Counted from the stretch's first letter, positions 36,402 to 45,885 are shown. The stretch is DNA of 64,000 nt from Bryobacteraceae bacterium (GCA_965217745.1 OZ244565.1:5075281-5139280), one strand, 5' to 3'. Numbers and translations: made by a program. The notes: a model not told the origin generated them from the sequence alone.

Positions 36402-37333
36402 GCCCGGAGGACAAGAGAGCGGCGATCGCGCATGTGCGGCAGGTACATGGCGTCAGCGAGCGCCGCGCCTGCGGGCTGATAGGCCAGACGCGATCCACGC
36501 AACGGTATCGAGCCAAGACGAAGGCGGAGGATGGGGTGCGGCGGCGGATTGCCGAGCTGGCGGCAGAGCGTCCTCGCTTTGGCTATCGACGGCTGACCGC
36601 ACTGCTCAAGCGGGAAGGCGTACCGGTGTGGCACGGCCGTGTGTATCGCATTGCGAAGGAGCTGCGGCTGCAAGTGCCGCGGCGAAAGCGCAAACGGATG
36701 GCCTCCGCTGCGCCAGCGCCGATAGCGATTACGCGGCCGAATCAACGTTGGGGAATGGACTTCGTTACCGACGGTTTAGCGGACGGACGCAGCTTCCGGG
36801 CATTGGCCGTGGTGGATCACTACACGCGCGAGTGTCTCGTGATTGAAGTCGATCTGAGCCTCCCCGGAACACGGGTGGTACGGGTATTGGAACGGCTGGC
36901 GGAGGAGCGTGGGTTACCCGAAGCTGTTCGGGTGGACAACGGTCCGGAATTCGTTTGCGCCGCTGTGCGCCACTGGTGCCAACAGAAGAAACTGCAGTTG
37001 GACTACATTGCGCCTGGCAAGCCGATGCAGAATGGGCATATCGAGAGCTTTAACGGGAAGTTTCGAGACGAATGCCTGAATACGCATTGGTTCACAAGTC
37101 TACGCCAGGCCAGAACTCACATCGAAAGTTGGAGGATAGACTATAACGAATTTCGACCACATAGCGCGCTGGGGTACGCGACGCCGAACGAGTTTGCGAA
37201 CAGGAGCAGCGCTTCCTTCGCCATCGAGATTTTGAGTAACACGACAGCGAAACCGGGTCAAGGCAACCCTAACGGGCTCGCTACGCTCGGCCTTGACCCG
37301 GCCCCGCCGTCGTGTGAACGGCGACTAATATGA
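36135..37333 (+). CDS. IS3-family transposase OrfAB (predicted -1 frameshift fusion; DDE integrase-like catalytic domain)
   Basis: The OrfB frame reads ..[63 protein letters not shown], the rve/DDE pattern. It is entered from orfA by a -1 shift at 36389-36395. Confidence 0.85.
36389..36395 (+). other. Putative programmed -1 ribosomal frameshift heptamer A AAA AAA
   Basis: In the orfA frame the sequence reads GG-A AAA AAA TGG TAA. A -1 slip gives AAA AAA ATG GTA.. = KKMV.., which matches the orfB translation. Confidence 0.7.
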
Positions 37334-37413
37334 CGGCGAAGGAAAGCTACAAATGAGCTTGGGAATACGTGGAAAACCCAGTTATGACTGGTACAGTTTC
37401 CGCGGGCAGGTCA

Positions 37414-37880
37414 GATTCCAGCTATAGGTAATTGGCTGAGTTCCGAACGTATTGCGGCGGAAATGTCAGAATTGGGATGAACCCAATCCGGACTGTCATC
37501 GAATGAGCCATTTACCAGGACGGTAACTCCGCCAGCGGTGATCGGTCGAACCCAGAAATGGAGCGCTGGCCCGACCTGCAATCCTCCCACGTACCAAGTC
37601 TGCTCGTAGTCTCCTTGGTTCTGTGGCTCATCATAGCCCTCGACGATGGCGTATCCGTTTGCATTCGTATTCCAAAGTCTTGCCAGGTGCAAAATACTCC
37701 CAGGCGGCAAACGTAGTCGCTCACAGGTTGGTTAGGAGGGCCGTTGGTGATTTCGTAACGATAGTGGTCGCCTATGTAGAAGTTAGGCGTTAGACTCGGT
37801 CGATCCGCGTTATTAATTGTGAGGGTTTGGGAGTAAAGAGCTCCGGCACCAAGCACGAACACCACGATTAATTGCCGCAT
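37414..37880 (-). pseudogene. Frameshifted secreted-protein remnant upstream of the IS3 insertion site
   Basis: MRQLIVVFVLGAGALYSQ (signal) ..PPNQPVSDYV is in one frame (ORF 37512-37898). It continues as LPPGSILHLARLWNTNANGYAIVEGYDEPQ.. in another frame (ORF 37411-37710). That ORF's stop is the TGA formed by the IS terminus. Confidence 0.5.
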
Positions 37881-38111
37881 CGATATTGGAAATATCACTT
37901 TAACTCTCCTTAGTTCTGCTAAACGTGCTGCTAGTAGTTCAGAACTTAAACTGGAATTGAGGAAATTGCAATCCCAATAACGAAATTATTGCTGAATTCA
38001 GTACTAGTTCGAAAGTTATGGTTTTAAAGTACTAGAACTTCGATGGATTCACCTGCGCTGAAATCAGTTTTTTCTTTCAGAGATCCGTGGTTTTAATAAC
38101 CCGGGTACTCA

Positions 38112-38861
38112 ATGAGATTTAGCCGCGTTTTCCAGCTGTTAAGAACCACATGTTGCTGCCTGTCTTTGCCTTTGGCCGCCCACTCGGCTCCGATGCTGCA
38201 GCCTGTCATTTATTCTGCCGCCTACGGACCTGGCAATTCCCCGATCACTTTCGCCACCACACAGCCGATTGCTTTGGATACTGCTGTAGCTGCCGGGCCA
38301 ACTGTTATCGACGTCTCGTTGCGGGCCAGCTCGTCAGGCGCGTCCGCTAGCATAGCGGTTCCGCCCTGGAACGTCACCAGCCCGCCGACGGCCGGATCAA
38401 TCATCGCAGCTGCCGTCGGAACCAGCTTCCAGGTGATGGCGATCTCGTCAGATGGCGCCGCTTCGCCGCCGCGCCAGATTCCAGTTTTGTTCAAAGCCAT
38501 TACGACAAGCTCTTGCCAAACGGGAACTTCCTCTGGCTTGCGCATCAGGGCTGGCTCCGAAACATTGAATATTGATTGTTCGGACTCGCCCGAGTTCGGC
38601 ATTCCGCTTCTGCTCACTCCCGAAATCCCGATTTATGTACAGCTAACGGCTATTGCCTCGGGCGGAACCAGCCCAAATTCTTTAGGAACCGCGTCGATCT
38701 CTCTTGGCAATCCCGCTTTTTTCGTAGATCCGGAATTCGCATCCGGCTATTCGCTGCTGTTTAGTCCAGGCTATACTTCCGTGCCGACCGAGACGCCTGA
38801 GCCTTCGACTTTGGTGCTAGTCGCATCGGCCCTCGCCATAGGTTGGAAACGCTTACGGTGA
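38112..38861 (+). CDS. PEP-CTERM sorting domain-containing protein
   Basis: 249 aa with an N-terminal signal. The C terminus TPEPSTLVLVASALAIGWKRLR gives PEP, a hydrophobic helix and basic residues. Confidence 0.85.
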   Translation: MRFSRVFQLLRTTCCCLSLPLAAHSAPMLQPVIYSAAYGPGNSPITFATTQPIALDTAVAAGPTVIDVSLRASSSGASASIAVPPWNVTSPPTAGSIIAAAVGTSFQVMAISSDGAASPPRQIPVLFKAITTSSCQTGTSSGLRIRAGSETLNIDCSDSPEFGIPLLLTPEIPIYVQLTAIASGGTSPNSLGTASISLGNPAFFVDPEFASGYSLLFSPGYTSVPTETPEPSTLVLVASALAIGWKRLR

Positions 38862-38987
38862 TCGTTCGCTTAGAAGTTACAAGTCTTAGCCGCAACATGA
38901 GTCCGATTTTTCATGCTTGGCTTGCCCTTATTCTTTTTTCTCCACCAGCGCAACTTTTAATCTTCGGGCTTTTTTAAAATCGCGGTC

Positions 38988-39531
38988 CGGCCGGTGCGCC
39001 GCCATATAATGCAGCGATGGGAAGACGTGTTACTCGACGGCAGTTCAGTTTATCGGCAAGCGCGATAGCAGCATCAGCTCAAACGCGGACGAATGAAAGG
39101 CCGGGCGAAGAGAATCACTCGAAGGTGAATGACCTTCCTGATGCGGATCTCGATCCGGTGCGTTGGACTCTGGAACGCTACGAGTCAGCGCCTCTTCGGC
39201 TTACTTTTGAGGCCACCAATCGAGCGGAAGCAGAACGATGGCAGCAGGAACTCCGCGCCAAGTTGACCGGCTTACTGGGCGGGTTTCCGCAAAGAAGCGC
39301 TCTCAACCCTCGCGTTATCTCGACCTCAGAATTTCCAAGCTATCGCCGTGAGCAAGTGATCTTCTATAGCCGGCCTGGTTTGGCCGTGCTGGCTTATCTT
39401 CTGCTTCCCAAAGCACCGAAGCGGCCGCTTGCCTCAGTCATTGCCATACCTGGCCATGGCCGGGGCGTGAACGACATCGTGGGCATCGATGAGCAAGGCA
39501 CCGAGCGAAGCGGCAAGCCCGGTTATCAGCA
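38988..39531. repeat. Direct repeat copy 2 (intact), partner of 33232-33684
   Basis: See copy 1. Homology starts about 29 nt upstream of the ATG at 39017 and runs about 515 nt into the gene. Confidence 0.85.
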
Positions 39532-40165
39532 TGACTTCGCTCTTCAGGCGGTGGAACAAGGGCTGGCGGTGGTCGCTATCGAGCCGATGGCATTCGGATA
39601 TCGAAGAGATTCCAAGACCAAAGCCAAGGGCGCAAACGCTACCGCGTGCCAGCCTGCCGCCGGTTCGGCACTGCTGTTAGGCGAAACCATGATCGGCTGG
39701 CGGGTCTGGGATGTGATGCGCGCTGTTGACTGGATGGAGACCCGGCCGGAACTGGATAAAGCACGAATTGGATGCATGGGAATTTCAGGAGGAGGCACTT
39801 GCACACAATTCGCCGCGGCGCTAGATCCGCGGATTAAGGCAGTTCTGGTGAGCGGCTACCTGAACACGTTTCGTGACAGCATCATGAGCATCTCTCACTG
39901 CATTGATAATTACGTCCCGGGAATTTTGAATTGGGCCGAGAATTACGATGTAGCCGGATTGATCGCGCCCCGGCCGTTTTTCTCAGAGGGCGGGAATCAC
40001 GATCCTATCTTTCCCGTCGAAGCCACGCGCGAGAGTTTTGCCCGGGTGAAGAAAGTCTACGAAGTGTTCGGAGCTCCCGATCGGGCCCAGCAGGAGATCT
40101 TCGAGGGCAAGCACGTTTTTCACGGAGCGCGCGGTTTGCCGTTTTTGGCCCAGGCGCTCGCTTAG
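39017..40165 (+). CDS. Tat-exported alpha/beta hydrolase (acetyl xylan esterase/dienelactone hydrolase-like)
   Basis: 382 aa with Tat leader MGRRVTRRQFSLSASAIAASAQ. Also IAIPGHGRG, the nucleophile elbow GCMGISGGG and a C-terminal ..EGGNHDPIFP..GKHVFHG. Confidence 0.8.
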   Translation: MGRRVTRRQFSLSASAIAASAQTRTNERPGEENHSKVNDLPDADLDPVRWTLERYESAPLRLTFEATNRAEAERWQQELRAKLTGLLGGFPQRSALNPRVISTSEFPSYRREQVIFYSRPGLAVLAYLLLPKAPKRPLASVIAIPGHGRGVNDIVGIDEQGTERSGKPGYQHDFALQAVEQGLAVVAIEPMAFGYRRDSKTKAKGANATACQPAAGSALLLGETMIGWRVWDVMRAVDWMETRPELDKARIGCMGISGGGTCTQFAAALDPRIKAVLVSGYLNTFRDSIMSISHCIDNYVPGILNWAENYDVAGLIAPRPFFSEGGNHDPIFPVEATRESFARVKKVYEVFGAPDRAQQEIFEGKHVFHGARGLPFLAQALA

Positions 40166-40237
40166 AAACCTGATTTCATTTTCCGGGAGAAAAGGACGAG
40201 AGGCGAAACCACCTATTAAGAGGACGATACCGCTTCC

Positions 40238-42754
40238 ATGCGACGTGAGCCTCTTTTCCTTCCCGCACTGGCGCTGGCCTTAGGCATTCTGTTCGCCCAT
40301 CTGCGCCCCGGCCTGATGCCGCCTACAGCAGTTCTCTGGATTGCGGCGGGCATCCTTTTTCTGCTGCCGGCTTTCCGGCTATGCGCATCCATCGCCAGCT
40401 TCCGGCGCTCGAGCCTGGCGGCGCTTCTTGCGGCGTGCCTGCTGGCTGGATTGGCGACCGAAAAACAACATCATCAGACCCGGCGGCCGCAGCTGAATGC
40501 GGAAGACGGCGAGGTTCTGCTGGTTTCGGGGTGCGTCTCGAATCCGCCGGTGTTTTCGCCCGACCGGGAACAGTTCACGCTCGACCTTTCACCAACCGCA
40601 TCGGCGAGGATTTCGGTCAGGCTTCGTGATGACGCCACTCTTCCCCTGCGATACGGCGACAAAGTAGAGGCAACTGCAAAGATGCGGACGCCCCGGAACT
40701 TCGGCAACCCGGGCGCATTCGATTATGCGGGCTATCTCGCGGCGCAACACATTTACTGGACTGGTTCGGTCTCGAGCCTGCAGGACCTGCACAGACTTCC
40801 CGGGCACTGCGGCTCGCCGATGGTGCGCGCGCTGTTCGACGTCCGGACCTGGTCTCTGGCCCGCCTGCGAGGGCTGTATCCCAAAGATCCGCACACTGCA
40901 GCGCTGCTGGCGGCCACCCTGCTGGGCGAGACCAGCGGAGTAGAGAAGCGCTGGACCAGCGATTTCCGCGTCACTGGCACTTACCATGCGCTGGTCATCT
41001 CCGGCCAGCACGTTTCCGTATTGGCCACTACGCTGCTCTTGCTGCTACGGATCCTGCGTTTCCGCCGGCTGCAGGCGCTCGGCCTGGCGGTGGTTGCCTG
41101 CTGGATGTATGCCTTCATCTCCGGCTTTACGGCCCCAGTGGTCCGCGCCGCGGGAGCTTTCACGTTGTTTCTGATCGCCAGTTATTGTTTCCGCCGGCTG
41201 CGCGTGCTTAACGTGCTCGCGCTGGTGGCGCTGGTGTATCTGATTCTGATGCCGCACCAGCTTTTCGATCCCAGCTTCCAGCTCTCGTTTCTTTCCGCCG
41301 CAGCTATCGCCGCTTTCGCCATTCCGCTGATGGAGAGCACCACCGCTCCGCTGCGCGCTTCCGTGAAACGCTTTGATCAACAAGCCTATGCGGCGCAATT
41401 GGAACCCGCCGCCGCGCAGTGGCGCGTAGAGCTCCATTTGCTCGCCGCAACGTTTCGCCAATGGACCGGAATCAGCAGACTTTGGACCGACCGGACGTTT
41501 CCGCCAGCTGTGTACGTAGTCACGTTCGCGCTGGAAGCGATTGCGGTTTCGGCGTGCGTACAATTCGGGCTGGCGCTGCCGATGATCAGTTACTTTCATC
41601 GTCTTTCCATAACCGGACTCTCGGCCAATATCGTGGTGATTCCTTTGCTTTCCGCCGTAGTGCCATTGGGTTTTCTCGCGATTGCCACCGGCTGGGCGCC
41701 GATTGCGATGCTGACCCGCATCCCGCTGCATTGGGCAGAAGCCATCGCCACCTGGCATGCCCGCTTCGAGCCTTCCTATCGCATCGCGGCGATTCCCCTG
41801 GGAGTGGCCCTGGCGTTCGCGGGAACCCTGGTGCTCTTGGCCTGCACCGCGCGGAAGGCGCGGCAATTTACCATCTATCCCTTAGCCGCGTCGCTGGTCA
41901 TGTTCGGTATCTTGTGCTGGCAGCCGTGGGACGCGCAGCTAAAGCTGGGATCGCTAGAGGTGACGGCTATCGACGTGGGCCAGGGCGATAGCCTCTTTTT
42001 ATCGTTTCCGAACGGAACAACCATGCTGGTGGATGCCGGCGGGTTCCCTGGATACGGCAACATGAAACACAAGCCGCAGATGGACATCGGAGAAGATGTC
42101 GTTTCTCCCTACCTCTGGGAACGCCACATACGCCATCTGGATTACGCGGTCCTCACCCACGGGCATTCCGACCACATGGGCGGCCTACCGGCTATTCTGG
42201 ACAACTTCCGGCCGCGCGCCCTCTGGGTGGGCGCCGAGCCCGAAACAGACGAGTGGGACAAGGTGCGAGCACGCGCGAAAGCCGATGGCGTCAAGGTCGT
42301 CTCGCTGCGCCGCGGTCTCCCCGATATCAATTTCGGCGGCGCACGGGTGCGCGTTCTCTCGCCGGCCCCCGACTACCTGCCCGACGCCGCGCCCAGCAAT
42401 GACGACTCGCTGGTGCTTGAAGTCACTTATGGGCAGCACCGGGTTCTGCTTACCGGCGATGCCGAAGCTCCGGTTGAAAGCGAGTTGGTGGCAGACCAGA
42501 TTTTGCGGCCCGTTACCCTGCTGAAAGTCGGCCATCACGGCAGCAAGACGTCTTCCACCGAGGATTTTCTAGCCGCGCTACAACCCCGCTTTGCGTTCAT
42601 CTCGGACGGCTTTAAGAATTCATTCCACCATCCGCATCCAACAGTCGTCGAGAGGCTGAACGAACATCATGTGCAGATGTACCGGACCGATTTGCAGGGG
42701 CTCTCAAGCTTTGTCACAGACGGCCGGCGGGTTCAACTCACCAGCTTTCATTAG
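40238..42754 (+). CDS. comEC: DNA internalization-related competence protein ComEC/Rec2
   Basis: 838 aa. It has an N-terminal OB/DUF4131-like region and a polytopic competence domain. The C-terminal metallo-beta-lactamase fold carries VTAIDVGQGDSLFL, VLTHGHSDHMGG and KVGHHGS. Confidence 0.9.
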   Translation: MRREPLFLPALALALGILFAHLRPGLMPPTAVLWIAAGILFLLPAFRLCASIASFRRSSLAALLAACLLAGLATEKQHHQTRRPQLNAEDGEVLLVSGCVSNPPVFSPDREQFTLDLSPTASARISVRLRDDATLPLRYGDKVEATAKMRTPRNFGNPGAFDYAGYLAAQHIYWTGSVSSLQDLHRLPGHCGSPMVRALFDVRTWSLARLRGLYPKDPHTAALLAATLLGETSGVEKRWTSDFRVTGTYHALVISGQHVSVLATTLLLLLRILRFRRLQALGLAVVACWMYAFISGFTAPVVRAAGAFTLFLIASYCFRRLRVLNVLALVALVYLILMPHQLFDPSFQLSFLSAAAIAAFAIPLMESTTAPLRASVKRFDQQAYAAQLEPAAAQWRVELHLLAATFRQWTGISRLWTDRTFPPAVYVVTFALEAIAVSACVQFGLALPMISYFHRLSITGLSANIVVIPLLSAVVPLGFLAIATGWAPIAMLTRIPLHWAEAIATWHARFEPSYRIAAIPLGVALAFAGTLVLLACTARKARQFTIYPLAASLVMFGILCWQPWDAQLKLGSLEVTAIDVGQGDSLFLSFPNGTTMLVDAGGFPGYGNMKHKPQMDIGEDVVSPYLWERHIRHLDYAVLTHGHSDHMGGLPAILDNFRPRALWVGAEPETDEWDKVRARAKADGVKVVSLRRGLPDINFGGARVRVLSPAPDYLPDAAPSNDDSLVLEVTYGQHRVLLTGDAEAPVESELVADQILRPVTLLKVGHHGSKTSSTEDFLAALQPRFAFISDGFKNSFHHPHPTVVERLNEHHVQMYRTDLQGLSSFVTDGRRVQLTSFH

Positions 42755-42790
42755 AAGAGGGCCTGAAAAGGTTTACTCTAAGAACAGCCG

Positions 42791-43039
42791 ATGATCGCCA
42801 TTCAGCCTGCCTATCTCGAGTTCATCGATTTTATCGCGGCGGGCACTACGCCGGAACAGATCATCGCATTTCGTCTCTCGCCTGCCGCACAGGAGCAAGT
42901 TGAAGAGCTAATCGCCCGGGAGAAAGACGGAGAGCTTTCTCCAGAAGAAAAAGCGGAGTTGGATCATTTATTTGAACTCGAACACATCTTTCGGATGACT
43001 AAAGCACGAGCGAGACAGATCTTAGCGCGTGCCCGGTGA
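42791..43039 (+). CDS. Small helical protein, partner of the disrupted HNH gene (paralog of 19528-19761)
   Basis: 82 aa. ..TTPEQIIAFRLSPAAQEQVEELIAREKDGELSPEEKAELDHLFELEHIFRMTKARARQIL aligns with the 77-aa protein at 19528. It overlaps the HNH start by 11 nt. Confidence 0.55.
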   Translation: MIAIQPAYLEFIDFIAAGTTPEQIIAFRLSPAAQEQVEELIAREKDGELSPEEKAELDHLFELEHIFRMTKARARQILARAR

Positions 43040-43126
43040 AATATCTGAGATCATCCGGAAAGAGGTAGTCTCTCGGGCGAAGAATTGTTGTGAATACTGC
43101 CTTTATCCGGCTGAAGAGTCCTTGCT
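43029..43126 (+). pseudogene. HNH endonuclease gene, 5' part (interrupted by IS21-family element)
   Basis: GTG start. ..IRKEVVSRAKNCCEYCLYPAEESLL carries the CxxC zinc-knuckle region. Family-like sequence stops exactly at the IS left end. Confidence 0.7.
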
Positions 43127-43323
43127 TGATTGTGATGCTCCGGCGTGGCCCACTTGTGATGGGCAGATTTGGCCCACCTGGGTAGTTTCTAGTTTGCCCC
43201 ATTTCCAACCAGAGTTGTTGATGACCGCTCCGGTGGGAGTGGAGCTTGGCGACGCCCGGGAGGGCGGCGCGTTTCAAGCGGAACGGACGCCGGGGCGGTC
43301 ATCATGCGGCGACCCGGCAGCTC

Positions 43324-44094
43324 TCATCTCTTTTTCCTCCCTTCCATAGTTCGCTTGAACCGGAACGATTCGGTGCCGGTTTCGATGATGTGAGCGCGGT
43401 CCGTCACTCGGTCCAGCAGCGCCTTGCAGAGCCGTGGATTGGGAAACACCGTGGTCCATTCGGAAAATGGCAGATTCGTAGTGACGATCAATGCGGCTCG
43501 TTCAGCCCGGTCTGAGATTACCTGGAATAGGAACTCAGCGCCGATATCGGCCAGCGGGACGTAGCCCACTTCGTCCAACGCGATGAGGTCGTATCTCATC
43601 CATCGCATCATCAGCCGTTTCACTTGGCCGTTCTGTTTGGCTTCGATAAGCTCATTCACCAATGCCGCGGCAGTGATGAATCGAACACGCCGTTTCTGAT
43701 GGCATGCAGCTAAGCAGAGCCCGGTGGCCAAGTGGCTTTTACCCGTTCCACAATCGCCAATCAAAACGATGGGTTCACTGCGTTCGATGTAACCGCCCTG
43801 CGCTAAATCGCGGATCTTTGCGGCTGGGATCTGGGGCGCTTTCGCAAAGTCGAACTCATCCAGCGTCTTCAAGCGTGGCAACTGCGCGTCCCGGATACGG
43901 TTAGCAATGGCATGACGGTCGCGCTCTTCACACTCTATTGCCAGCAGCGCTTCCAGGTAGCGCACATGGCTGTGCTGTTCTTTGACGGCCTGTCCGGCTA
44001 GCGGAATAAAGTTGGCCGCGATGGCCGGTGTGCGCACGATTTTGCAATACTGCCGGATGCTGGCCTGTTCCAACGCCTCTGTCTGGAGATTCAT
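43324..44094 (-). CDS. istB: IS21-family helper ATPase IstB
   Basis: 256 aa with Walker [13 protein letters not shown], Walker [10 protein letters not shown] and a DnaC-like AAA+ pattern. There is an ATGA overlap with istA. Confidence 0.93.
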   Translation of the reverse strand: MNLQTEALEQASIRQYCKIVRTPAIAANFIPLAGQAVKEQHSHVRYLEALLAIECEERDRHAIANRIRDAQLPRLKTLDEFDFAKAPQIPAAKIRDLAQGGYIERSEPIVLIGDCGTGKSHLATGLCLAACHQKRRVRFITAAALVNELIEAKQNGQVKRLMMRWMRYDLIALDEVGYVPLADIGAEFLFQVISDRAERAALIVTTNLPFSEWTTVFPNPRLCKALLDRVTDRAHIIETGTESFRFKRTMEGRKKR

Positions 44095-45647
44095 TGAATC
44101 ACCTCGTGGAGCATCGGCGCATGACTTAACAACGAGTCATATTCATCCATTACCGGCATTGGCCTTTCAAACTGTCTCAGATCTTCGGCGAGTGCCAAAG
44201 CGTACCGCTGACGATCATGGGCGTCGGGCATGTGCAAAATATGCAGCACGGCGGCAGCATCGCTTACGCCGATGCGCAGCGCTTCTTCCACTGCTGTGAT
44301 CAAGCGCGGCCACGCATTGCCGGCCGTCCCGGCACGCACCAGCATAATCATCTCGCGCGTACCTTTGGCCTTGCCGTGGCGGCTTTCCAGTTGCTGCCAG
44401 AGCGTATCCAGACACCCCGGCCAGCGCCCCGCCGCACGCCACTGCTGCAACGGCGTCGAACTCTTCATCGCACCAGGCTTCTTCTCCAGCACATCCAGAT
44501 AATGTTCCAGGTTCAGAATGTGATGCCCGCGTCCATAACAACGCTCGTGCCGCGCTGCAAACTCACCATCACGCCACACCTCGATGTGTGTAGGCCACAC
44601 CCGCGCCGTTACCCGGGAGCCCGGATAAAGCGGCGTCGAATACCAGTTGGCTCTTACTTTCACGCGACCGTGTCCATCCACCGTGACCGGATAGATGGTC
44701 TCTGCGATGGCAAACCGCTCCGCTACTAACGGCAGCAAGTGCGATTGCTCGTCCCGCATGGCATTGCCGACGGCGGCTTCGCGACCGCTGATGATATGTT
44801 GCTGCGCTTCTCCGCAACGGCTCAGAAGCCAAGCGTTGAAGCTCTCCAGATCGTCCGCTTCCGGCACCGGTACCAACCAGTTGCGCCGGAACCAACCCAA
44901 CTCCATCTCCACGCCGCCCTTCTCGTTACCGCGTGCCGGCTGGCAGTACTCGCTGGCAAAACCCCAGTGCGAGCGAAAAGCGATCATGCGTTCGGTTTCT
45001 TCGCGCCGGTAGCCACGCAAAATCTTCTTTACGGCACTGGCCAGGTTGTCGTAACGAAGCGTTCGAAAGACACCGCCAAAGTAAGCAAACGCATGCTCGT
45101 GCGCTTCCAGAAAAGCTTGTTGCGTCGCGTTAGTATAGGCACGGTGAAACGCCCCGCCGCTGTTCATACTGCGCATCGCGAAGAACTGCAGCTTCCGCGC
45201 TTCGCCACCCAGCTTTACCTGTGCTTCGAACCAATCCACTTGCGCTTCCTGGCCCGGTGCATAACTCTGCGGCACGAAGACACCGCGATGGGCTAACCCC
45301 AGGGCGCGCTTCCGTCCACGCACGTATTCACGCACGGTGGACTCGGCCACCGGATGCTGTGAATGTTCCATGCACAACCGAGTCCAGATACGCCGCGCGG
45401 TATGCCGCTGTTTGCGCGGGGCCTCACCGTCCAGCTCCAGAAGGCTGTCGATGAACTGCTTTACCGGCCCTAGTTTCGGCAGCACCCGCTCTTGCTTTTT
45501 CCGCTCCGGCGGCACCGCGCTCGCCAGTGCCTGCCGCACCATGCGCCGATGCACCTGATACTTCTGGGCGAGTGCAAGAATCGTCTCTCCTGCCGCATAT
45601 CCTCGCCGGATCTCTTCAAATAGCTCCACCTTGGCTCTCCTGTCCAT
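44091..45647 (-). CDS. istA: IS21-family transposase IstA
   Basis: It has an HTH N terminus ([30 protein letters not shown]) and a DDE region (..[29 protein letters not shown]..). I use M16 (45647) as the start, because the longer ORF start at 45692 lies inside the terminal repeat. Confidence 0.88.
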   Translation of the reverse strand: MDRRAKVELFEEIRRGYAAGETILALAQKYQVHRRMVRQALASAVPPERKKQERVLPKLGPVKQFIDSLLELDGEAPRKQRHTARRIWTRLCMEHSQHPVAESTVREYVRGRKRALGLAHRGVFVPQSYAPGQEAQVDWFEAQVKLGGEARKLQFFAMRSMNSGGAFHRAYTNATQQAFLEAHEHAFAYFGGVFRTLRYDNLASAVKKILRGYRREETERMIAFRSHWGFASEYCQPARGNEKGGVEMELGWFRRNWLVPVPEADDLESFNAWLLSRCGEAQQHIISGREAAVGNAMRDEQSHLLPLVAERFAIAETIYPVTVDGHGRVKVRANWYSTPLYPGSRVTARVWPTHIEVWRDGEFAARHERCYGRGHHILNLEHYLDVLEKKPGAMKSSTPLQQWRAAGRWPGCLDTLWQQLESRHGKAKGTREMIMLVRAGTAGNAWPRLITAVEEALRIGVSDAAAVLHILHMPDAHDRQRYALALAEDLRQFERPMPVMDEYDSLLSHAPMLHEVIQ

Positions 45648-45734
45648 CCCCGGAATCTTGTCATCCAGGGTTGTCCAGGTGGGCCAAATCACTCCATCAC
45701 GCTGGGCCAGATCTGAGCATCGAAATCACTTGCT

Positions 45735-45885
45735 GTCCCGTCTGGTCGATCACATTGTAAGCCGGAAGCATGGCGGCACATCCGATCGAGGGCGCAAAAT
45801 TCGCGCATCGGCTACGCTTAAACGGCGACGGACTTACTCCATATTGCAAGCAATCATGCCGATTCGGGTGGCAAATTTGGAGTGA
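45735..45885 (+). pseudogene. HNH endonuclease gene, 3' part (after the IS21 element), further degenerated
   Basis: It continues in frame after removal of the IS plus one target duplication: ..SLL|SRLVDHIVSRKHGGTSD.. (DH..GG HNH core). The expected downstream NL..C..CN..K motif is not found in this frame. Confidence 0.6.

Larger units (their letters stand above)
36059..37413 (+). mobile_element. IS3-family insertion sequence (IS407-like), 1355 bp, apparently intact
   Basis: The left IR TGACCTTGCCCGAAGGAACTGAGCC matches the right IR (reverse complement) TGACCTGCCCGCGGAAACTGTACC, with TG..CA termini. A 4-bp target duplication GATT lies at 36055-36058 and 37414-37417. It has two-ORF transposase organisation with an A7 slippery site. 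Confidence 0.9.
43127..45728 (-). mobile_element. IS21-family insertion sequence, 2602 bp, apparently intact
   Basis: Termini are TGAT...ATCA. The left end TGATTGTGATGCTCCGGCGTGGCCCACTTGTGATGGGCAGATTTGGCCCACCTGG matches the reverse complement of the right end (GTGATTTCGATGCTCAGATCTGGCCCAGCGTGATGGAGTGATTTGGCCCACCTGG). It includes the reiterated GTGATG..TGGCCCA motif typical of IS21 multi-repeat ends. A 6-bp target duplication CTTGCT lies at 43121-43126 and 45729-45734. It carries istA and istB. Confidence 0.92.

Noticed and set aside
44215-45296. ORFs of 100-185 aa overlapping istA in other frames or on the other strand.
   Set aside because: The IstA frame has the HTH and DDE pattern and is coupled to istB. 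The overlapping frames show no recognisable features.
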